25,150 nucleotides of DNA from Bacteroidales bacterium (GTDB lineage Bacteria; Bacteroidota; Bacteroidia; Bacteroidales; Tenuifilaceae). Positions within the stretch are counted from its first letter, which is position 1; each line of letters starts with the position of its first letter. Below the pieces are notes generated by a model. It was given only the letters and a program-made list of their open reading frames with translations. It ran no database searches and was not told the DNA's origin. Position numbers and translations under genes: made by a program. Location: contig JAFGDZ010000041.1 of assembly GCA_016931855.1 (NCBI GenBank), positions 1 through 25,150 on the forward strand, written 5' to 3'. This document shows positions 1 to 5,971 of the stretch, one piece after another.

Positions 1-207
1 AGGCTGTTCCTTTCACTGGGGCTGATGATGCAGATGCAGAATTTTCATTACCTTTAACTAACTTTTTAACGGCGGATAACGCCGCTGACGGAACTCTCCG
101 GCAGCCCAAACCACCAACCGCCAACCAATACGCCCCACCCCCCATTTCGTCCGCACCTCCAGCCTCAGCCAGTTTATCCTACCCTCCCCACTAGCCCTTT
201 TCTACCT

Positions 208-237
208 TTTGCGAAACAATAAAAACAGCTACTTTTG
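208..237 (+). promoter_or_regulatory. Candidate Bacteroidota-type promoter (-33 TTTG / -7 TAnnTTTG) for the rhodanese gene
   Basis: TTTG at 208-211 and TACTTTTG at 230-237 with an 18-bp spacer, about 30 nt upstream of the ATG at 268. This fits the published Bacteroides primary-sigma consensus TTTG-N(19+/-3)-TAnnTTTG. Confidence 0.4.
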
Positions 238-267
238 CCGCCATTAAATTGCTAATACGTTACAGTC

Positions 268-699
268 ATGAATATTACAGAACAGCCCAAGCATCAGGAG
301 TTTCAAATTGCAGGAGTTGTACATATGGAGCCGCTTAGCGCGGTGCTTGCCCTAACCGACCATAACGCCCTGTTGGTTGATGTGCGCGAGGAGGAGGAAC
401 TGGAGGTTATCCGCATAGACTCAACCGAGGTAGTTTACAAGCCCATTTCGGGCATTGCCGATTCGTTCTCCGATTTACCAACCGATAGGATGCTAGTTGT
501 GGTTTGCTCCAACGGTATTCGCAGCACCAAGGTTTGTAACCTGCTAATGCACCAAGGGTATAAGAATGTGGTAAACCTTGATGGCGGCATAACCCAGTGG
601 TTCCGCGATGCGCTACCCGTACTTATGCGCAAGCACGAGCACAACCACGGCCACAACGATGGTAATTCCTGCGGATGCTGCAGCGGTGGTTGCTGCTAA
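268..699 (+). CDS. Rhodanese-like sulfurtransferase domain protein with a C-terminal His/Cys-rich tail
   Basis: 143-aa ORF. Rhodanese core with active-site loop VVCSNGIRS (CX4R, sulfurtransferase-length loop) followed by NLDGGITQW. The C-terminal extension is HEHNHGHNDGNSCGCCSGGCC. Confidence 0.85.
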   Translation: MNITEQPKHQEFQIAGVVHMEPLSAVLALTDHNALLVDVREEEELEVIRIDSTEVVYKPISGIADSFSDLPTDRMLVVVCSNGIRSTKVCNLLMHQGYKNVVNLDGGITQWFRDALPVLMRKHEHNHGHNDGNSCGCCSGGCC

Positions 700-750
700 T
701 CTTAAAATCAGCAGTAGTTGTATTTGTAAATTCCTTAATACCTACCTTAT

Positions 751-972
751 ATGCTCTTTCTTTGCAAAGCGTGTAACGTAAAGTTTGAGGCCGAGGGCGA
801 AAAGCAGGAGTGGCTTGATGCAACTTTTGGCCCTTGCAGTAAGATTGTGGCTGCGTGCCCCAGCTGCGGCGTGGCTGCCGATGAGTATCGTGCTCCCAAG
901 CAGAGTGCAAATGCGCCATCGCATGGTCATGCCCCCGCTTGTGGCGCTTGCTGCGGTGGTTGTCATCATTAG
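751..972 (+). CDS. Small zinc-ribbon protein (FmdB/CxxC_CxxC family-like) with a His/Cys-rich tail
   Basis: 73-aa ORF. The N-terminal paired knuckles CKAC(N)VKFE ... CPSCG resemble the TIGR02605 FmdB-type zinc ribbon. The C-terminus is HGHAPACGACCGGCHH. It lies 51 bp downstream of the rhodanese gene on the same strand. Overlapping ORFs on both strands in this GC-rich stretch lower certainty. Confidence 0.55.
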   Translation: MLFLCKACNVKFEAEGEKQEWLDATFGPCSKIVAACPSCGVAADEYRAPKQSANAPSHGHAPACGACCGGCHH

Positions 973-1066
973 CGTTCTGCATCAATCCTTTGGTGTGCTG
1001 CTTTCCCATTAGGTCTTTATCGCCAAAATTTGTATAATTGAGGCTATTACCAAGGGGAGGAGTACC

Positions 1067-1492
1067 ATGGCAGAACTAAAAACTAAACAGAACAGCGCCA
1101 GCGTTCACGATTTTATCAATTCCTTTGCCGATACCGAGCAAAAACGCGACGATAGCTTTGAGCTGCTCCGGCTAATGCAGAACCTTACTGGCTTTGAGCC
1201 CAAGATGTGGGGCGATTCCATTATTGGCTTTGGTAGTTACCACTACAAATCGGAGCGTAGCAGCCAGGAGGGCGATTGGTTCCTGGTTGGGTTCTCGCCG
1301 CGCAAGGCTGCCATATCGCTTTACGTGTATTCTGGAATGCCAGAGCATGAGCATCTGCTAAAGTATTTGGGCAAGTTTAAAATGGGACGAGCCTGTGTCT
1401 ATGCAAAAAAGCTATCGGATATCAATATCACTGCGCTTGAGCGCTTGGTTAAGGAAACAGTAAGCTTCCTTCAATCTAGGTATGGCAAATAG
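1067..1492 (+). CDS. DUF1801 (YdhG-like) domain protein
   Basis: 141-aa ORF. SVHDFINSF...PKMWGDSIIGFGSYHY...GFSPRKAAISLYV is the typical DUF1801/YdhG pattern. Confidence 0.8.
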   Translation: MAELKTKQNSASVHDFINSFADTEQKRDDSFELLRLMQNLTGFEPKMWGDSIIGFGSYHYKSERSSQEGDWFLVGFSPRKAAISLYVYSGMPEHEHLLKYLGKFKMGRACVYAKKLSDINITALERLVKETVSFLQSRYGK

Positions 1493-1527
1493 CAAAAATC
1501 TTCTCATTGGTTTAAAACGGCTTGCAT

Positions 1528-2196
1528 ATGACAGTTACTGAGATACTATCTAAGCTAGAATCTTTGAGCAACCCTAAGGTACGGGCGCACAACGCCAAGT
1601 ATGGTGCTGGCAGCAACCAGTTTGGTGTAAAAATGGGCGATATTAGAGCCATTGCAAAAACGTTAAAGCAGAACCATTTGCTGGCGTTGCAGCTTTGGGA
1701 AACGGGTAATGTTGAAGCCCGTTTTTTGGCCATTCTTATTATGAACCCCAAGGAGCTAAGCGTTGCCGAGGTTGATGCAATGGTGCGGTCGGAGCGGTTT
1801 ACCCATGTGGCCGACTGGTTTAGCAGCTACGTGCTAAAGCAGCACCACGAGCATGAGGCCATGCGCCAAACGTGGATGCAGAGCGATGACCCTATGGCTG
1901 CACGTGCTGGGTGGAGCCTAACCGCCGAGCGGGTGGCGAAGAATCCCCAAGGTTTGGACCTGTCGGCACTGCTGGATAGGATAGAGGCCGAGATGCCCAG
2001 TGCAGCCCCAGAGGTTCAGTGGACCATGAACACCACCCTAGCGCAAATTGGAATTTGCTTTGCCCAGCATCGGCAGCGGGCGTTATCCATTGGCGAGCGC
2101 TTGGGCATTTACCGCGATTTTCCCGTTTCCAAGGGATGCACATCGCCCTTTGCGCCAATCTGGATTAGCGAGATGGTGCGCCGCAAGGAGCAGTAA
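1528..2196 (+). CDS. DNA alkylation repair protein (AlkD/AlkC-like HEAT-repeat family)
   Basis: The ORF is open from a TTG at 1522; the ATG at 1528 (MTVTEILSKLESLSNPK...) is the likelier start. NPKVRAHNAKYG...FGVKMGDIRAIAK...LWETGNVEARFLAI matches the 'DNA alkylation repair enzyme' family (PF08713-like). Confidence 0.8.
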   Translation: MTVTEILSKLESLSNPKVRAHNAKYGAGSNQFGVKMGDIRAIAKTLKQNHLLALQLWETGNVEARFLAILIMNPKELSVAEVDAMVRSERFTHVADWFSSYVLKQHHEHEAMRQTWMQSDDPMAARAGWSLTAERVAKNPQGLDLSALLDRIEAEMPSAAPEVQWTMNTTLAQIGICFAQHRQRALSIGERLGIYRDFPVSKGCTSPFAPIWISEMVRRKEQ

Positions 2197-2284
2197 TCCT
2201 GTAGTTCTCTCCCCGCTTGGAACTGTAACCCAAAGAGGTTGGCTATTCCTAAAACGCTATCTTTACCACAGTAAACAGAACAAA

Positions 2285-2665
2285 ATGCTTAAAACGCTTA
2301 TATTTATTGGAGCAGGCGGATTTGTGGGCAGCATTGCCCGATATCTGCTCTCGCAAATTATTCAGCAGAATGCCACATCATCGTTTCCTTGGGGAACGCT
2401 TGTTGTTAACGTGGTAGGATCGTTGCTAATTGGGCTATTCTACGGATTATCGGAGAGGGGCGCAATTGGAAGCTCAGAGGTGCGGCTATTTTTAACAGTT
2501 GGCCTGTGTGGAGGGTTTACCACCTTTTCCACTTTTTCCAACGAGAACTTGGCTTTGCTGCGCGACGGGCAATTTTCGTTTTTTGCAATGTACGCCTTCG
2601 CTAGCGTTGTGCTTGGACTAGTTGCCGTTTTGGGTGGATTTGCCTTAACAAAAATGTGGAACTAA
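2285..2665 (+). CDS. crcB: Fluoride ion channel CrcB/FluC
   Basis: 126 aa from the internal ATG at 2285 of the 2048..2665 ORF. The upstream part of that ORF overlaps the preceding gene and looks non-coding. GAGGFVGSIARY...GTLVVNVVGSLLIG...GLCGGFTTFSTFS is the CrcB signature. Confidence 0.9.
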   Translation: MLKTLIFIGAGGFVGSIARYLLSQIIQQNATSSFPWGTLVVNVVGSLLIGLFYGLSERGAIGSSEVRLFLTVGLCGGFTTFSTFSNENLALLRDGQFSFFAMYAFASVVLGLVAVLGGFALTKMWN

Positions 2666-2719
2666 GCGTTTATTTGTACGGAAAAGCCTAAATTACATGG
2701 CGTAACAAACAATTGGGGT

Positions 2720-3079
2720 ATGAAGTTACAAGGAAAAGCTAAGTTGCTACGAATCTTTGTTGGATCGTGCGATAAGGTAAACGGAACACCACTTTACGAG
2801 TTTATTGTTTATAGCGCAAAGCGATATGGCCTTGCCGGTGCAACCGTGCTGCGGGGCACCATGGGGTATGGCGCCAATAGCATAATCCGCAGTGCCAAGT
2901 TCCTGTCCATATCGGAGGATTTGCCCATTATTATTGAGATTATAGATGAGTCGGAAAAGATAAACCGTTTCCTTTCCACCATTGATAAGTACCTAGATAA
3001 CGCCACTTTTGGCTGTCTTATTACCACCGAGGTTATTGATGTTATTGCCTATAAGCCCGCCAAAAAGAGGGATGGGTAG
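2720..3079 (+). CDS. DUF190 domain protein (PII-like, commonly crcB-associated)
   Basis: 119-aa ORF. LLRIFVGSCDKVNGTPLYEFIV...GLAGATVLRGTMGYG...DLPIIIEIIDESEKI matches DUF190. It sits immediately downstream of crcB, a known association. Confidence 0.8.
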   Translation: MKLQGKAKLLRIFVGSCDKVNGTPLYEFIVYSAKRYGLAGATVLRGTMGYGANSIIRSAKFLSISEDLPIIIEIIDESEKINRFLSTIDKYLDNATFGCLITTEVIDVIAYKPAKKRDG

Positions 3080-3176
3080 CGCTCCCTTACGCTGTTAGAT
3101 GCCTGTTTTTATAGGTTTATCCTTTTTGGCGATTTTTCTCTCTATTAAATTTCGTAACAAAAAACGTCCCTCCTTT

Positions 3177-3217
3177 TTTGCATATTGAAATTTATGACGT
3201 ATGTTTACGACATAAAT
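3177..3217 (+). promoter_or_regulatory. Candidate ars promoter with overlapping palindromic operator (putative ArsR site)
   Basis: Near-perfect inverted repeat ATTTATGACGTA-tgtt-TACGACATAAAT at 3190-3217 (11 of 12 arm positions complementary), ending 4-10 nt before the arsR start. TTTG at 3177-3180 and TATGTTTA at 3200-3207 (19-bp spacer, 7/8 to TAnnTTTG) place a -7-like box inside the palindrome. Confidence 0.45.
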
Positions 3218-3227
3218 CAAGGTGCAA

Positions 3228-3581
3228 ATGACCTACCATAAAACATCGCTGTTCGATTCAGATTTACAGGAACTTGCTGCGCTGGCAAAAACGCTGTCGC
3301 ACCCAGCCCGTTTGGCAATACTGCGGTATTTGGCAAGTGCCAACACATGCATCTCGGGCGATATTACTAGTGAGATACCCTTAAGTCGCACAACAGTATC
3401 GCAGCACTTGCAGGAGCTAAAAAAGGCTGGGCTAATTCATGGCGATATAGATGGCGCCAAGGTTTGCTACTGCATTTGCCACGAGCGGATAAGCCTTGCC
3501 CGTAAGCTCTTTGGTGGATTTATTGATGAGATTTGCAACTCGCAGGTTAATGCCTGCAATAGCGCTGTAGTAGAAAAGTAG
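3228..3581 (+). CDS. arsR: ArsR/SmtB family metalloregulatory transcriptional repressor
   Basis: The ORF is open from a GTG at 3222, with an ATG at 3228. HPARLAILRYLA...ISGDITSEIPLSRTTVSQHLQELKKAGLI is the winged-HTH ArsR core. It is the first gene of the arsC-arsM-acr3 cluster. Confidence 0.85.
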   Translation: MTYHKTSLFDSDLQELAALAKTLSHPARLAILRYLASANTCISGDITSEIPLSRTTVSQHLQELKKAGLIHGDIDGAKVCYCICHERISLARKLFGGFIDEICNSQVNACNSAVVEK

Positions 3582-3603
3582 AACAACCATAAACACAACA
3601 ATC

Positions 3604-4047
3604 ATGCGTATTCTAATCCTTTGTACCGGAAACTCCTGCCGTAGCCAGATGGCCGAGGGGTTCCTAAAGTCGTTGGACTCCTGCACCGAGGTTTTTAGTG
3701 CGGGAACAACCCCCGCTGGCGAGGTTCATCCGCTGGCCATAAAAGCCATGAGCGAGGTGGGTATCAATATCGCCCAAAACAAACCTAAAAGTGTTGACGA
3801 GTTCCTTAGCCAAAGCTTTGATTATTTACTAACCGTTTGCGGCGGAGCAAACGAGTCGTGCCCAGCATTTACGGGCAATGTAAAGCAGCGCTGGCACATC
3901 GGTTTCGACGACCCTGCCGATGCCACAGGAACCGAGGAGGAGAAGATGGTTATGTTCCGCCGGGTGAGGGACGAGATTGAAGAGGCCTTTAAATCATTTC
4001 ATAAAAGTCAAATAAAGGGTGAACATGGATGCAGCTGCTGCGGATAA
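3604..4047 (+). CDS. arsC: Arsenate reductase, LMW-PTP (thioredoxin-coupled) type, with a C-terminal Cys-rich extension
   Basis: P-loop ILCTGNSCRSQMAEG (CX5R) plus TVCGGANESCP, equivalent to Cys10/Cys82/Cys89 of S. aureus pI258 ArsC. There is an extra tail ...KGEHGCSCCG. Confidence 0.9.
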   Translation: MRILILCTGNSCRSQMAEGFLKSLDSCTEVFSAGTTPAGEVHPLAIKAMSEVGINIAQNKPKSVDEFLSQSFDYLLTVCGGANESCPAFTGNVKQRWHIGFDDPADATGTEEEKMVMFRRVRDEIEEAFKSFHKSQIKGEHGCSCCG

Positions 4048-4843
4048 CAAGGACATTAAAAAGGTAGTACAACAGAAGTACTCCCTAATTGCCAATCAGC
4101 AAAAATCGGGATGCTGCTGTGGCTGTGGTTGTGGCGATAATGAGCCATCAACCGATTACACCGTGTTTAGTGAGAGCTACGATAGCCTAAAGGGCTACAC
4201 CCCCGATGCCGACCTAAACCTTGGCTGCGGCCTGCCCACGCAGTTTGCGCAGATTAAGGCTGGCGATACCGTTGTTGATTTGGGTTCAGGTGCAGGCAAC
4301 GACTGCTTTGTGGCTCGTGCCGAGACTGGCGAAACGGGGCGCGTTATTGGTGTCGATATTACCGATGCCATGCTTGACAAGGCCAGAGCAAACGCCGCAA
4401 AGCTGGGCTTTAGCAACGTTGAGTTTGTTAAGGGCGATATTGAGGATCTTCCGCTGGAAGGCAGCATTGCCGATGTGGTGGTTAGCAACTGTGTGCTAAA
4501 CCTAGTTCCCAACAAGGAGCTGGCTTTTAGCGGTATTTACAGGGTGCTAAAATCGGGTGGGCACTTTAGCATTAGCGATGTTGTGCTTAAGGGCGAGCTG
4601 CCCGATGGGCTGCGTAACGAGGCCGAGATGTACGCTGGTTGCGTTTCGGGAGCAATACAAAAGGATGATTATCTAGCAGGATTAACCCGTGCTGGCTTTG
4701 TGAATATCACCGTTCAGAAGGAAAAGGAGATTGATATTTCCGAGGATATTCTACTTAACTTTCTAAGCCCCGATGAACTACAGGCCTACAAAAGCAGTGG
4801 AACAGGTATCTATAGCATAACCGTTTATGGAGAGAAACCCTAG
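4025..4843 (+). CDS. arsM: Arsenite S-adenosylmethionine methyltransferase
   Basis: The ORF is open from a GTG at 4019, with an ATG at 4025. N-terminal KYSLIA...SGCCCGCGCG cysteine cluster, SAM-binding motif VVDLGSGAGNDCF, and conserved SNCVLNL and AGCVSGA cysteines typical of ArsM. It overlaps the arsC 3' end. Confidence 0.9.
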   Translation: MDAAAADNKDIKKVVQQKYSLIANQQKSGCCCGCGCGDNEPSTDYTVFSESYDSLKGYTPDADLNLGCGLPTQFAQIKAGDTVVDLGSGAGNDCFVARAETGETGRVIGVDITDAMLDKARANAAKLGFSNVEFVKGDIEDLPLEGSIADVVVSNCVLNLVPNKELAFSGIYRVLKSGGHFSISDVVLKGELPDGLRNEAEMYAGCVSGAIQKDDYLAGLTRAGFVNITVQKEKEIDISEDILLNFLSPDELQAYKSSGTGIYSITVYGEKP

Positions 4844-4871
4844 CCTCTTACAAACCTAAACCTTACTCAGA

Positions 4872-5900
4872 ATGTCTGACTCAAAAAAAATCGGCTTTTT
4901 CGAGAAGTACCTAACCCTTTGGGTAGCCCTGTGCATTGTTGCGGGTATAGCTATTGGTAGCTTTGCTGGCGATAGCATCAGCTTTTTAAGCAGCATGGAG
5001 GTGTATAGCGTTAACATTCCTGTGGCTGTTCTTATATGGGCAATGATTTACCCTATGATGCTTCAGGTTGATTTCTCATCAATAAAGAGTGTGGGCAAGC
5101 GTCCTAAGGGATTGCTGTTAACGCTTGTGGTTAACTGGCTTATTAAGCCCTTTACCATGGCGTTTTTTGCATGGATATTCTTTACCAAGCTTTACGGCGC
5201 ATTCATTAACCCTGAACTGGCTGGCGAGTATATTGCTGGTGCCATAATACTGGGAGCTGCTCCGTGTACCGCTATGGTTTTTGTTTGGAGCTACCTAACC
5301 AATGGCGATGCTAACTACACGCTGGTTCAGGTATCGGTAAACGACCTAATAATTCTAGTAGCTTTTATCCCCATTGTGGGTTTGCTGCTGGGCATAACCG
5401 ACGTTACCATTCCGTATGAAACCCTAGTGGCATCGGTGGTGATATTTGTGGTTGTTCCCTTGGTGGCGGGTTACGCCACAAATCGCCTGCTGATTAAAAG
5501 TAAGGGCGAGGAGTGGTTCAAGAACCAGTTCCTCGCAAGGCTAAAACCCGTGTCGATAATTGCGTTGCTAACTACGCTGGTTCTGCTGTTCGCCTTTCAG
5601 GGGCAAACCATTATTGATAGGCCGCTAATTATTCTGTTGGTAGCCGTTCCGCTGGTTATACAAACCTACTTTATCTTTTTCATTGCGTGGTATGGTGGCC
5701 GTATGCTTAAGCTGCCGCACGCCATTTGCTCACCTGCTGCAATGATTGGCGCCAGCAACTTCTTTGAGCTGGCTGTGGCTGTGTCCATATCGCTGTTTGG
5801 GTTGCAGTCGCCAGCAGCAATGGTTACCGTTGTGGGTGTGCTTGTTGAGGTTCCCGTAATGCTATCGCTGGTTTGGTTTGCCAATAGAAACAGGTACTAA
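4872..5900 (+). CDS. acr3: Arsenite efflux transporter, ACR3 family
   Basis: 342-aa polytopic membrane protein. [23 protein letters not shown] and the ACR3-diagnostic [13 protein letters not shown] motif are present. Confidence 0.9.
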   Translation: MSDSKKIGFFEKYLTLWVALCIVAGIAIGSFAGDSISFLSSMEVYSVNIPVAVLIWAMIYPMMLQVDFSSIKSVGKRPKGLLLTLVVNWLIKPFTMAFFAWIFFTKLYGAFINPELAGEYIAGAIILGAAPCTAMVFVWSYLTNGDANYTLVQVSVNDLIILVAFIPIVGLLLGITDVTIPYETLVASVVIFVVVPLVAGYATNRLLIKSKGEEWFKNQFLARLKPVSIIALLTTLVLLFAFQGQTIIDRPLIILLVAVPLVIQTYFIFFIAWYGGRMLKLPHAICSPAAMIGASNFFELAVAVSISLFGLQSPAAMVTVVGVLVEVPVMLSLVWFANRNRY

Positions 5901-5919
5901 CCGCTTTTTTATGATATGG

Positions 5920-5957
5920 AAAACCCTGACTGGCTGGTTGCTGGTCAGGGTTTTTTT
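5920..5957. terminator. Bidirectional rho-independent terminator between convergent acr3 and the TonB-dependent receptor gene
   Basis: AAAACCCTGAC (5920-5930) pairs with GTCAGGGTTTT (5944-5954) around a 13-nt loop. A T7 run follows on the + strand and TTTT on the - strand. It lies between the stops at 5900 (+) and 5972 (-). Confidence 0.7.
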
Positions 5958-5971
5958 GATAGCCGTTTTTA

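Noticed and set aside
3-194. An open reading frame without a start codon runs from the window edge to a TAG at 192-194. It translates as ...AVPFTGADDADAEFSLPLTNFLTADNAADGTLRQPKPPTANQYAPPPISSAPPASASLSYPPH and could be the 3' end of an upstream gene.
   Set aside because: It is low-complexity and Pro/Ala-rich with no recognisable domain, and only 63 codons are visible. It may be a real gene tail, but this window cannot support that.
435-1012. Four alternative-frame ORFs overlap the rhodanese and zinc-ribbon genes: 435..656 (-), 623..1009 (-), 742..969 (-) and 785..1012 (+).
   Set aside because: Their composition is Arg/Cys/His/Ser-rich junk typical of alternative-frame ORFs in GC-rich coding DNA. 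The sense-frame products have recognisable domains.
2048-2284. The crcB ORF has a long N-terminal extension starting at 2048 (MEFALPSIGSGRYPL...).
   Set aside because: It overlaps the 3' end of the AlkD-like gene in another frame and has an Arg/Pro/Ala-rich non-membrane composition. CrcB proteins are about 125 aa, and the canonical N-terminus MLKTLIFIGAGGFVGS begins at 2285.
2197-2284. A fluoride (crcB-motif) riboswitch is expected upstream of crcB. There is weak resemblance at AGG-UUGGCUAUU-CCU-AAAACGC.
   Set aside because: The conserved 3' half (GCUxAUGAxUCCUAC with its P3 hairpin) is absent. A -7-like box TATCTTTA at 2258-2265 leaves too little leader. A cmsearch with Rfam RF01734 would settle it.
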